Below are positions 1 through 9,116 of a stretch of DNA of 55,053 nt, piece by piece (the first letter of the stretch is position 1; every line of letters begins with the position of its first letter). Both the position numbers and the translations under genes were made by a program. Source of the DNA: an uncultured bacterium (GTDB lineage Bacteria > Patescibacteriota > Minisyncoccia > Phycocordibacterales > PALSA-1337). The stretch covers positions 1 through 55,053 of the forward strand of contig CAINCE010000042.1 of the NCBI GenBank assembly GCA_903846945.1, written 5' to 3'. The notes beneath the pieces were generated by a model, which saw only the letters and a program-made list of their open reading frames with translations, did no database searches and had not been told where the DNA came from.

Positions 1-117
<117 letters not shown>

Positions 118-118
118 A

Positions 119-964
119 TTACTTCGCCTCTTCTATAATTATCTGTGCCTCCGTCAATATTCCCTCCGTCCGTTCAACTTTGATGCCGATATCATTCAAG
201 ACCCCTGGTTTTCCCACGAGATCAATACAGACAAGGATATCTCTAGCTACTAGGTCTTTCTTTTCCTGATGCGTGAGTGTAGTTAAACAGGTGATAGGAT
301 GCAGACCATTTTGCTCGATGATCTCGTGCAGATTGCCCTTGGTAGGATAATTCCATCCGAGAAGATTCAGATGGCTACATTCGCCATACTTTATCGCCTT
401 ATCAGTAAACTTGGTATTGGTCGTCAACCATCTTTCTGTGAGCTTACGCTTTTTACCACCAAAATCAAAAGTGTTCGGAGCGATGTCATCAAACCTCGCC
501 TTGACATATAGGGCAACTTTGAGGTCAGACTTCATACCAAATTCATTGTGGAACTTTGCTTCAACCATCGCCAAACTATCACCCTTCCATGCGACGACAT
601 CGATCTCATGATCTACACAAGTTCCCATGACAGCTTGATCGGTCATAGTTTCATACCCCCACATCCGGAAAATCCTAGCGACAAATCTCTCATAAGGAAA
701 ACCGTCAGGACCGAGTTCCATCATCGCCCGGCGGATAGAATACTTTGCCGCGAGTGGTGCAGAATGCTTGCGTATGAGTGAGAACGCCTTTGTATATATC
801 TCCTTGGTCGTCATACTATCTCGCATGGTTGCCTCGACTTCATCGACTATCTCATCTATTGACTCAGGTTTCACCCCGACACGGCGCAGTGAGTTAGCTA
901 GCTTCTCCTCTTCGAATAATTCCTTGGTACCATCTGACTTTGTGATTGTTATTACATGGTTCAT
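119..964 (-). CDS. ATP-cone domain fused to an Mrr-like PD-(D/E)XK restriction-endonuclease domain
   Basis: N-terminal ITKSDGTKELFEEEKLANSL is ATP-cone-like; EIDVVA...VEAKFH is a nuclease motif. Start chosen at ATG 964 because TACAAT lies 6 nt upstream. Confidence 0.8.
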   Translation of the reverse strand: MNHVITITKSDGTKELFEEEKLANSLRRVGVKPESIDEIVDEVEATMRDSMTTKEIYTKAFSLIRKHSAPLAAKYSIRRAMMELGPDGFPYERFVARIFRMWGYETMTDQAVMGTCVDHEIDVVAWKGDSLAMVEAKFHNEFGMKSDLKVALYVKARFDDIAPNTFDFGGKKRKLTERWLTTNTKFTDKAIKYGECSHLNLLGWNYPTKGNLHEIIEQNGLHPITCLTTLTHQEKKDLVARDILVCIDLVGKPGVLNDIGIKVERTEGILTEAQIIIEEAK

Positions 965-1029
965 GCACACATTGTAGCGTAACTATTGATAAAAGCTAGG
1001 TAAATATTGGGTATAAATCCCGCGTCAAC

Positions 1030-1058
1030 TTGCATTATTCATTCATTTAGACTATTAT
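1030..1058 (+). promoter_or_regulatory. Sigma70-like promoter TTGCAT-N17-TATTAT
   Basis: Near-consensus hexamers with canonical spacing. Confidence 0.5.
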
Positions 1059-1063
1059 AGTCG

Positions 1064-1133
1064 TATTGATAGGCCGGAACGCAAAGAATCAATGCAGGTT
1101 CCAGACAAAAATCCGCTTCGGCGGATTTTTTGT
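1064..1133 (+). ncRNA. Candidate ~70 nt small RNA with an H-type pseudoknot and intrinsic terminator
   Basis: ATTGAT(1065-70)/ATCAAT(1088-93) interleaves with GGAAC(1076-80)/GTTCC(1098-1102); flanked by a promoter and a terminator. Confidence 0.35.
1107..1132. terminator. Bidirectional intrinsic terminator
   Basis: AAAAATCCGC-TTCG-GCGGATTTTTT, immediately after the mnmA stop. Confidence 0.85.
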
Positions 1134-2488
1134 TACGCTATCACTCCCCCTCCCAAACACTCTTCACCGCGACTATCATAGACCACAAGTGACTGTCCCG
1201 ATGTCAGCGTATCTTGCGATTCTTCGAACTCCAACACTGTTTCAGTTATCCCCGTCCTTTTAATGCGTGCCTTTTGAAGTTCTTGACGATAACGACTACG
1301 GACTAGCAATGGGAATTTAATCGTTAATTTTACTTTACCCAACTCGTCACTATCTTTTACTGCATCTACAATTCCATTCGTCGACTTTATACTGGCCGGC
1401 ACAATTTCAAATATAGGTACCTCACCACGTATCCAATTCACATTCTGAATTCGAACTTCGCGAGTCGCACTCGGAAGCGATCTATCTTCATCCTTCCCTC
1501 TGTTCGATACAGTCAGAGTATTATGCTCCACATCTTTGTCTATCACAAAATACGGCGCGTCGTTAGGCGACTTCTTTTCGATAGTAAATCCATGTCTCTC
1601 ACCTATAGTGAAGAATAGTGCACCAGGATGCGAGCCAATGACTTCCCCACCCTCATTCAGGACATTCCCTTTTTCAGATTTAATATAATGTGAGAGAAAG
1701 TCTTTTACATCAACTTTTCCGATAAAGCAAAGTCCTTGACTATCTCTCTTGTCAGCATTCGGTAATTTGAATTTCTTCGCGAGCTTTCTCACCTCTGGTT
1801 TCTCTATCCCACCAACTGGAAATAGTATATGTGCGAGCTGAGACTGCTTCAATGTCCAGATGAAATATGATTGGTCTTTGTTGCGGTCGACTCCCGCAAA
1901 CATCGCGTATTCAGCATTTCCTGAGAATTTGTGTGCAGGGGACTTGCGGTCAACACCCGTGTACAATCCAAGTGAAGTATTTGGAAGATCTGCTGAGGGG
2001 ACTCTCGGAGCCACGAAGGTGGCGAGAGGGAATGCGCGCCTAGCAAGGCGCGACATGTGCCCCGAAGCGGAACTTTCAAATACTTCACTTACTATCCGCG
2101 CATAATGCCCCGTCGCAACATAGTCGGCCCCCTCCTTCATCGCCCAATCATAGAAAGCCCCGAACTTCACAGTCTTGTTGCACATCACATCAGGGTTAGG
2201 AGTTCGCCCTGCTCGATATTCAGCGATCATATAGTCTATAACACCTTGTTTGTATTCCCTTTCACAGTCCAATGTAACGAATGGGATTCCTAGATGTGCA
2301 GCAACCCTCATTGCATCCCTCCTCTCTTCTTGCCAATTGCATTCTATCCAATCTGGTTGCCAAACCTTGATAAATACACCCATAACATCGAAGCCTGCTT
2401 TTTGCAACAAGGCAGCAGAAACAGCACTATCTACCCCGCCAGATAGCCCGACGAACACTCGCTTCTTGGACGATTTGACTTTTACCAT
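1133..2488 (-). CDS. mnmA: tRNA 2-thiouridylase MnmA, with in-frame insertions
   Basis: SGGVDS, TPNPDVMCN, ATGHYAR, KDQSYF, DSQGLCFIG motifs. Confidence 0.97.
   Translation of the reverse strand: MVKVKSSKKRVFVGLSGGVDSAVSAALLQKAGFDVMGVFIKVWQPDWIECNWQEERRDAMRVAAHLGIPFVTLDCEREYKQGVIDYMIAEYRAGRTPNPDVMCNKTVKFGAFYDWAMKEGADYVATGHYARIVSEVFESSASGHMSRLARRAFPLATFVAPRVPSADLPNTSLGLYTGVDRKSPAHKFSGNAEYAMFAGVDRNKDQSYFIWTLKQSQLAHILFPVGGIEKPEVRKLAKKFKLPNADKRDSQGLCFIGKVDVKDFLSHYIKSEKGNVLNEGGEVIGSHPGALFFTIGERHGFTIEKKSPNDAPYFVIDKDVEHNTLTVSNRGKDEDRSLPSATREVRIQNVNWIRGEVPIFEIVPASIKSTNGIVDAVKDSDELGKVKLTIKFPLLVRSRYRQELQKARIKRTGITETVLEFEESQDTLTSGQSLVVYDSRGEECLGGGVIA
1970..2090. repeat. 121 bp palindromic element inside mnmA
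   Basis: 25 bp terminal inverted repeats (3 mismatches) enclosing two small hairpins. Confidence 0.85.
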
Positions 2489-2506
2489 TTCTGCAATATA
2501 GCATGA

Positions 2507-2558
2507 ACTAGCCACTAGCCACTACTTGCCGGCCGAAGCCTTGGCGAAGGCTTCGGCC
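2507..2558. repeat. Heptamer remnant plus REP-like hairpin GGCCGAAGCCTT-GGCG-AAGGCTTCGGCC
   Basis: Perfect 12 bp stem at 2531-2558; related hairpins inside 4897-5079. Confidence 0.8.
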
Positions 2559-2559
2559 A

Positions 2560-3567
2560 CTACTGAATGTACTTATCCTTGTTCGCTAGGTGCCCCTCAT
2601 GTGACGCGGCATAATGTATCACACCCTTTCTGTCAGCCAAGAAAAATAGGTAATCGGTCTTGGTCGGGTTCACTGTCGCTAAGATAGAGTCTAGACCCGG
2701 ATTGGATATAGGAGTTGGAGGTAAACCCTTATGAGTGTATAGATTGTATGGTGAATCCATCGCCAGATCATTCCTCGTCAACTGAGCAGAACCTTTTCCG
2801 AGAATATAGTAAAAAGGCGGATCTACTTGGAGTGGCATACCAGTCGCGATCCTTTTCCAGAGAACACCAGCGATCAATCTCCTATCTAGAGTACTAGTCG
2901 CCTCTCTCTCAACTATAGAAGCCATCTCCATCACTTCCGACATAGGCTTCCCAAAAGCTTGGATGTCGAGCAATGCGGTCTTGATTCTCTGGGTGAAATT
3001 ATTTCGGAGAGTTTCCAATACCTGTGTTGGAGTAACATTTTCATAAAAGAAATATGTGTCTGGAAATAGATAACCTTCATAAGACTTTGCCATATTGTAA
3101 AAGGTTTCGCTGTCAAAATTTGGAATATTTCCTCTGATCTGTTTACCCATCTCCTTTACAGTCATCCCTTCATACAGAGTCACAGATATCTTCGGTAGAT
3201 CCTGCTCACCATGAGTCATGCGATATGCCACCTTTAGCGCTGACTGTGGTTCTGAAAATAGATAATCCCCAGCTTGCACTTGTCTATGACCACTAGAGAT
3301 CACTGCGTAGATCTTGAAAAGTAGAGGTGACCTAATGATACCATTCTTGTAAAGAGTATCTGCGGCCTGTGAGAGATAAGTGCTCTTCTGAATGGATACT
3401 ATCTTTCGAGCTGGAAAATCATTCGGAGCGATAGAAAATGCCGTTACCACGACGATGACCGCGACGATAAGTACCACAAAGGTGAAGGTTGCATATCTGG
3501 CACGAGGACCCCACAAGGGGTCAACAATACTCTGTAGCCAATTTTTGTTATTGAAATATTTCGTCAT
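2560..3567 (-). CDS. mltG: Endolytic transglycosylase MltG
   Basis: N-terminal TM helix; EGYLFPDTY, MASIVERE, SPYNLY, GLPPTPISNPG. Confidence 0.95.
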   Translation of the reverse strand: MTKYFNNKNWLQSIVDPLWGPRARYATFTFVVLIVAVIVVVTAFSIAPNDFPARKIVSIQKSTYLSQAADTLYKNGIIRSPLLFKIYAVISSGHRQVQAGDYLFSEPQSALKVAYRMTHGEQDLPKISVTLYEGMTVKEMGKQIRGNIPNFDSETFYNMAKSYEGYLFPDTYFFYENVTPTQVLETLRNNFTQRIKTALLDIQAFGKPMSEVMEMASIVEREATSTLDRRLIAGVLWKRIATGMPLQVDPPFYYILGKGSAQLTRNDLAMDSPYNLYTHKGLPPTPISNPGLDSILATVNPTKTDYLFFLADRKGVIHYAASHEGHLANKDKYIQ

Positions 3568-3579
3568 TGATACTCTATG

Positions 3580-4866
3580 CTATATTGGTAAATTCGACGG
3601 TGCCTGTGCCTTCTTTGATGGCAACCTCTCCAATGTTGGCGTCTGACTGACTGAACCTGGGAAGTGATAGATAGTAGCGAGTTCTTCTGTATTCAATACC
3701 AGTCTCTTGCTAGAAAATGGTGCATAAAAATACGACCGTCGTTTGTAGGCCATGAGAGCCATACGGCAATGACGATTTTTCCTAATATCCATAAAATCCT
3801 GCCATGGGTAATCAAACTGAAATGACCATTTCTTTCCATTTGGTTTGAAACCATTGAATCCTTCAGCACTAAATTGTTTTAGACTCCCTACAACACCACC
3901 AACACCCATCGGAGTATTGAAAACTTCTTTTTGACCGATGTATATCGCCCGAATACCACAATCAAAAGCAAATTTCGAAACACTTCGTTCTAATGAAGTG
4001 ACGGTTTCCTGTTCACCTTTTGATAAACGAGGGATATCTAGATATTCACCGATATCTCCTTTCTTCTTATTCTCAGCAGCTACGCCCTTTGTTTTCGGAT
4101 CACGAATCATGATCTCGTCTATCAGCTCCTTGGCACTCTCTTTCCACAAATCACCTTTTTTGAATATATGTCCTGGCAAACGCTGATCATCCTTGTGAGC
4201 GATGATAGGTATCTGCAACCAGACTTGCTGGTTAGGGCCGATACTCCCCAAGAACTCTAGAAATGGCAACAATGGATCTACTTTGAATTCTTCTTTTGGA
4301 TCCTTATCAAGTCCATAATCAACATAGGTCTTAATAGGATATGGATCATCTTTGGTAAATTTGAACTCACCCGCCCACATCTTCATGGTTTTAGGATCGA
4401 AATGAACCGATTTTGCATAATCTTCAACATCTCTAACTTCTACATTTGGAAATTGCGAATACATAGCTGACACTAGGTTAGTCTTTCGTCTCTCTTCCAT
4501 CCATATCATGAACTTTACTTGACCTTCGACAGATATGATCTCCAATGAATACCATGGTCTAGTCTCACCCTTCCAATATTGAGCATAAGGAGTACCATCT
4601 GAAGTATTATGTAATGCTGTCAAAAATACTTCCATAGCAGCTGGCGACTTAAATGTATCTTTAGGAAGTTTTATCTCTACGACACAGTATTTTATGGAAA
4701 GAAAGTTCTTTGCCTGAACATAATCTATCCACAAATCCTTGAAAATGATGAGCAGCAAAACTGCCAAGACGACTGGCGACACTGCGATCATGATCTGTAT
4801 AGACTGCGGAAAAACCTCGATGTTGAGAGTCTTGAGTAAAGTTGCCATAACCTGGTCAATGGACAT
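3580..4866 (-). CDS. Membrane-anchored hypothetical protein of a type common in CPR
   Basis: 428 aa ORF with an N-terminal TM helix; SLEII, LNTEELATIYHFP and C-terminal APSNLP motifs recalled from CPR proteins. Confidence 0.75.
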   Translation of the reverse strand: MSIDQVMATLLKTLNIEVFPQSIQIMIAVSPVVLAVLLLIIFKDLWIDYVQAKNFLSIKYCVVEIKLPKDTFKSPAAMEVFLTALHNTSDGTPYAQYWKGETRPWYSLEIISVEGQVKFMIWMEERRKTNLVSAMYSQFPNVEVRDVEDYAKSVHFDPKTMKMWAGEFKFTKDDPYPIKTYVDYGLDKDPKEEFKVDPLLPFLEFLGSIGPNQQVWLQIPIIAHKDDQRLPGHIFKKGDLWKESAKELIDEIMIRDPKTKGVAAENKKKGDIGEYLDIPRLSKGEQETVTSLERSVSKFAFDCGIRAIYIGQKEVFNTPMGVGGVVGSLKQFSAEGFNGFKPNGKKWSFQFDYPWQDFMDIRKNRHCRMALMAYKRRSYFYAPFSSKRLVLNTEELATIYHFPGSVSQTPTLERLPSKKAQAPSNLPI

Positions 4867-4896
4867 AGGTTAAGTATAGCAAATCAGTTGGCTAAA

Positions 4897-5079
4897 AACC
4901 AAGTACAACAAAAAAGGGTGAAGGGGACTTGCGAGCGCGACTGTAAGCCTCACACGAGGAATTTTTCAGCCTACTTCGCCAAGGCTTCGCAGGCCACTTA
5001 TAGGTGCCCTTCCGAAGCTTTAGCGTAGGAGGGCAGAAAAATATCCGTGCCCCTAAACCCTATTTTGTTGTACTTGGTT
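4897..5079. repeat. 183 bp intergenic palindromic element with internal REP-like hairpins
   Basis: AACCAAGTACAACAAAA...TTTTGTTGTACTTGGTT terminal inverted repeats (~30 bp, imperfect). Confidence 0.85.
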
Positions 5080-5093
5080 CCAGCTAAAGTATT

Positions 5094-6137
5094 CTATTTC
5101 GCTCCCATGACCGCATATTTACCATCTCTATCTCTCTTGAAATATTTTGGATTCTGGAGATTGACAACTATAGTATTTTCCTTGACATATCTCTCCTTCA
5201 ACACCTTATCGACGATCTCTTCTTTGGTGAGTGGACCATTTTTCTCGATGACATGTGCGATGACATCACGAACGATCCCTGGTGCATATCCCCACTCTGC
5301 TAGAGCGTATAGTCCTCGTCCAACTAGGACAAACCGAGGGTCTTTGATGAGTTCATTGTGAGTCGTAGCGACATGAGCCTTCTTGTTGAACATCGTTGTG
5401 ATCTGTTTTGCAACATCACGGAAGTGTATAGGAGAACCATGCTTCCTGATAACTAGAAAGGCGTAGTCGCGCATACCCTTGGTCTTTACATTGGATGAAT
5501 TGGAAACTCCCCAATCGCCGAGCGCGTTCTTGCCGATAGCTTTCGAGAGTCCGAGCCAACGCTTTACAACCTCTTGATTCTTGTATTTCTCAGAAACATC
5601 TTCGAGGTGACTGAGGAATCTATTTACCATCTCGGATTCTGGGAGGAGATCTTGGTTACTCAGATTTCCATAAAGCTTCTTTAGTGCTTCCTCAACTTTC
5701 TTTGCGAGCTCTTCATTTACATGCCAGCGATGTCGGAAATCATCATCTTCTTTGAATTTTCGGAATGGTTCACCGACGACGAGTAGGAAGAAGATATGGT
5801 TCTGTAGACTCTTATCTTTGGAGACATGCCCGAGGAAATCATCCTCAACTACGATGCCACCTAGAGAATGGAGCAATGCCTCGATCTCGGCAAAGACAGC
5901 TTTTTCCTCTATATATTCCTCTGACTTTCTGATCTGATTTAGGGCGTAGTTCTCGATCTGGCGAACTCGTTCACGAGTTATACCATATATCTTTCCGATA
6001 GAGTCTAGGGTCATACGCTTTACATCCTTACCTAGTCCATATCTGTATATGATAACCTCACGAGCTCGATCAGGTAGAGATGAGAGAAGTCTCTTCACGG
6101 TCTGCTTTGGTTTGAATGAAATAGTTGCTGTGGCCAT
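5094..6137 (-). CDS. Sigma70 region-4 HTH plus C-terminal winged-helix (HARE-HTH/RNAP delta-like) protein
   Basis: MTLDSIGKIYGITRERVRQIE; HNELIKDPRFVLVGRGLYAL. Confidence 0.8.
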   Translation of the reverse strand: MATATISFKPKQTVKRLLSSLPDRAREVIIYRYGLGKDVKRMTLDSIGKIYGITRERVRQIENYALNQIRKSEEYIEEKAVFAEIEALLHSLGGIVVEDDFLGHVSKDKSLQNHIFFLLVVGEPFRKFKEDDDFRHRWHVNEELAKKVEEALKKLYGNLSNQDLLPESEMVNRFLSHLEDVSEKYKNQEVVKRWLGLSKAIGKNALGDWGVSNSSNVKTKGMRDYAFLVIRKHGSPIHFRDVAKQITTMFNKKAHVATTHNELIKDPRFVLVGRGLYALAEWGYAPGIVRDVIAHVIEKNGPLTKEEIVDKVLKERYVKENTIVVNLQNPKYFKRDRDGKYAVMGAK

Positions 6138-6278
6138 GTTTGTTATAGATGATTAATGAATTTCTATATATAGACATTACCACTACTAGTGTTCTTTTGT
6201 CAACTACGGGGAAAAGTTTGAATGATCGCGTTTCAAAATAAGCTCCATCTTCATTAGTCATTCAAACAGGACCGACTC

Positions 6279-7592
6279 TTAGTAGCGCAAGAAGTCTTCG
6301 CTCATCTTTGTTATGATGTCATTTTCGAAATTGTAAAGTCTGACATAGGTCTGTGAAGTCGTAGCGGCATCTTGTGGCGTTATAACGACGAAGTTCATAG
6401 TCGTCAATTTTGGATTCTTGTCGATCCATGTCCCGGAATTTGCATAGATGGATTTTTGTCCTTGATAATTGAGAGACGGAATGATTTTTGCTTCATGAGT
6501 ATGTCCGAAAATCACGATCCTTTTGTCAGACTTAGGATTCATGAAATACTGTGCTTTTGCCTGATCATCAGTCTCCTCTGCGACCGAAGCCCTGGCAATA
6601 GCTTGAGCTACAGGAATATTTACAGGCACTTCGTTCAGAATCTGCCTCTCGTTCCAAGTATCCTGAATTCCTTTGTATAGTTTTACATTCAGCTGTCCAC
6701 CAGATTTTTGCTGGTAAGGCAACAGGTCATTGACTGAATATTTCTCTGTGAACCCGTCAACATTCGTTACGATGATCTTCTCATCGAGATTTTCATTTAT
6801 TGGCAGATGATTCATCGCCCATTCCCAGAGTTTCCAATAAGCGAACAACAAACCTTGACTGTTATCGCCAGAAACATTTGGTGTAACTATTTGCATAGGA
6901 TCACCCGGTTGCGTGGCATTTTCTAGCATATGCAGAGCAGCTATCCTTGTAAAGAAGTATCCTGGAGGCATTATCGTCCCAGGCGCAATATCTTGGTTGG
7001 AGATCGGATCCGGTGCACAGAAGAAATTGTAACGATGACCATGCTCGATAGCTATCTTTGGAAATTCAGCCGGTGAGTAAGTGCCCAAACCTTGCTCCTT
7101 ATCTCGCGCCTGATGTATTCCCGGGAGAATGAGGTCTATATTTTCCGCAGCTATCGTTAGATCATGGTTTCCGGGAACATAAGTGACTAGAATCTTTCCA
7201 GACTTGATAATGTCATTAAAATCACTGATTACACCCTTGTTGGTTGTCGCTATACGCTGCACAAAATCACGCTGGTCCTTTCCAGAATAAGTATTTACCG
7301 ATGCTGGTACATACCACTCATCCAGCAAATCTCCAGCGATAACGAGTTCCTTCACATTTGGCGAAACTTTTATCTGTTTAAGCAATTTCTCGAGAGATGG
7401 AGTATTTTTGTTAAATTCGGCATAAGCGAGATCGGCACCAAGGTGAAGATCACTGAGAACAACTACCATATTCCTCTCCTTTCCAGCATTAGTGAAAGGA
7501 TTTGTTAGACTACCCAGATGAGATCTATCGTATATTGCAAATGTAATAATGAACGCCGCAATAATGATGATGATTGTATAAAATATTTTCAT
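6279..7592 (-). CDS. Exported calcineurin-like metallophosphoesterase
   Basis: Signal/TM segment; SDLHLG, GDLLD, PGNHD, EHGH, GHTH motifs. Confidence 0.9.
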   Translation of the reverse strand: MKIFYTIIIIIAAFIITFAIYDRSHLGSLTNPFTNAGKERNMVVVLSDLHLGADLAYAEFNKNTPSLEKLLKQIKVSPNVKELVIAGDLLDEWYVPASVNTYSGKDQRDFVQRIATTNKGVISDFNDIIKSGKILVTYVPGNHDLTIAAENIDLILPGIHQARDKEQGLGTYSPAEFPKIAIEHGHRYNFFCAPDPISNQDIAPGTIMPPGYFFTRIAALHMLENATQPGDPMQIVTPNVSGDNSQGLLFAYWKLWEWAMNHLPINENLDEKIIVTNVDGFTEKYSVNDLLPYQQKSGGQLNVKLYKGIQDTWNERQILNEVPVNIPVAQAIARASVAEETDDQAKAQYFMNPKSDKRIVIFGHTHEAKIIPSLNYQGQKSIYANSGTWIDKNPKLTTMNFVVITPQDAATTSQTYVRLYNFENDIITKMSEDFLRY

Positions 7593-7687
7593 GATATTAA
7601 GATATCACATTAATTATAAAGCTGATAAATATTAACCTGACAATATCATTATTTGCTTTTACTTACAATATCACTACGACGAAAATG

Positions 7688-8191
7688 TCACCTCGTAACC
7701 GATATCGAAGGAGTCAATTCCCCTGTCGAACTGGCAGTTATACGACCATTTCCGTCCTGGAAAATGTAGTAACCAGTATCATAATCAGTCACATCAGTAA
7801 AATGTGCAACACTTGCCGATGGGTCGTAAGGCAGGGATGAGATGTAATCTGGCACTAGGCAGTATGCGATGTCCCCGACTCCACTATGACTCGCGTCACT
7901 GCTCTTCACAATGACGGAACTCGACGCCATCAATCTCACCGAACCATCGCACACTAGTGTCCCTTTGTGTTCTGCCATATTCTGATGAATGGAATTGAGC
8001 AGTGCATTTACATTACTAGTCCTCTGCGAGTCTCTGGCCAATTTGAATTGGCGAGCGGGATTCACCGCTACTAGCACGACCGTAGCCAATATGGCGATGA
8101 TACCGATGACAACGAGTATCTCGATCAGGGTAAAACCCCTCTTTGTATTTTTCCCACGTTCGTTTTGACTCTGCGATATGTGTTTATGCAT
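7688..8191 (-). CDS. Type IV pilin-like protein
   Basis: G|FTLIEILVVIGII prepilin cleavage/methylation motif; two Cys residues. Confidence 0.92.
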   Translation of the reverse strand: MHKHISQSQNERGKNTKRGFTLIEILVVIGIIAILATVVLVAVNPARQFKLARDSQRTSNVNALLNSIHQNMAEHKGTLVCDGSVRLMASSSVIVKSSDASHSGVGDIAYCLVPDYISSLPYDPSASVAHFTDVTDYDTGYYIFQDGNGRITASSTGELTPSISVTR

Positions 8192-8197
8192 ATATTT

Positions 8198-8285
8198 GTT
8201 AGTGATTAGTGGCTAGTTTTTAGTGATTAGTATCCGCCAACCAGAGGAGCGATTTCTAATCACTAGTCACTAACCACTAGCCACT
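8198..8285. repeat. Inverted heptamer arrays (TAGTGRY / RYCACTA) around a degenerate TCCGCC palindrome
   Basis: ttagtgattagtggctagtttttagtgattag...ctaatcactagtcactaaccactagccact. Confidence 0.8.
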
Positions 8286-8331
8286 TGTTACTATTTATCT
8301 ACTTCTAATACTCTCTACTCTACCAAATGAC

Positions 8332-8428
8332 CGATAAAGAACTGATAAAAAATGGTTCAAATTTTGATAAAAAAAGAATGAAGAAATGATAAAAAAAGGT
8401 TCAAATTTTGATAAAATATTTATGAAGG
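8332..8428. promoter_or_regulatory. 22-bp-period TGATAAAA array upstream of the pilin gene
   Basis: TGATAAAA at 8343, 8365, 8387, 8409, plus GATAAA at 8333. Confidence 0.7.
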
Positions 8429-8498
8429 AGAGATTCACCAAAAAAGCCTTGTGTAGCGTATACTAAATGCACATTACTAATTCTAATATTCAACGAAC

Positions 8499-9116
8499 AT
8501 GAAACAATTTGCAACAAAGTCGTTCAAAATACCTGAGCTCAGAGGTATCTCGACTAAGAATATCGAAGAGCATTTGAAACTTTATGCGGGCTATGTAAAG
8601 AATGCGAACTTGATACTAGAAAATATTGCGGAACTAAAAAAGAATATCGATGTGACGACGAGTGCAGGCGCAGGCAATGTTTACGCACTCGGAGAGATAG
8701 GTCGGCGGTTTGGATTTGAATACAACGGCATGCGCAACCACGAAACATATTTTGCGGCTTTTGAAGGAGGTGCAAAGCCACCGATCGACCGCAGTCCTCT
8801 AATGACGATGATCACTGAAACATGGGGATCATTCGACATGTGGCTAGCCGAATTCAGGACCATAGCGATGACTCGTGGCATAGGTTGGGCGATGCTCTAC
8901 TATGACCGCAAAGACAGTCGTCTACTGAATGCGTGGGTAGACGAACAACACATGGGACAACTCCAAGATTGCACTCTCGTTCTGGCACTCGATATGTGGG
9001 AACACTCATATGTCGCTGACTACCAACCGTCTGGAAAAAAGGCATATGTCGAAGATTTCTTCGTTAATCTTGATTGGGATGTGATCGAAAATAACTATTC
9101 ACAAGCAGGTAAATGA
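8499..9116 (+). CDS. sod: Fe/Mn superoxide dismutase family protein
   Basis: Metal-ligand pattern EEHLKLY...NHETYF...DMWEHSY. Confidence 0.88.
   Translation: MKQFATKSFKIPELRGISTKNIEEHLKLYAGYVKNANLILENIAELKKNIDVTTSAGAGNVYALGEIGRRFGFEYNGMRNHETYFAAFEGGAKPPIDRSPLMTMITETWGSFDMWLAEFRTIAMTRGIGWAMLYYDRKDSRLLNAWVDEQHMGQLQDCTLVLALDMWEHSYVADYQPSGKKAYVEDFFVNLDWDVIENNYSQAGK

Noticed and set aside
1970..2090. Intein or self-splicing intron in mnmA (and dnaG)
   Set aside because: Too short, with no intein terminal residues and no group I/II core motifs recognisable.
8332..8428. Plasmid iterons or CRISPR repeats
   Set aside because: No rep gene and no spacers; fixed position relative to -10 elements favours a regulatory role.
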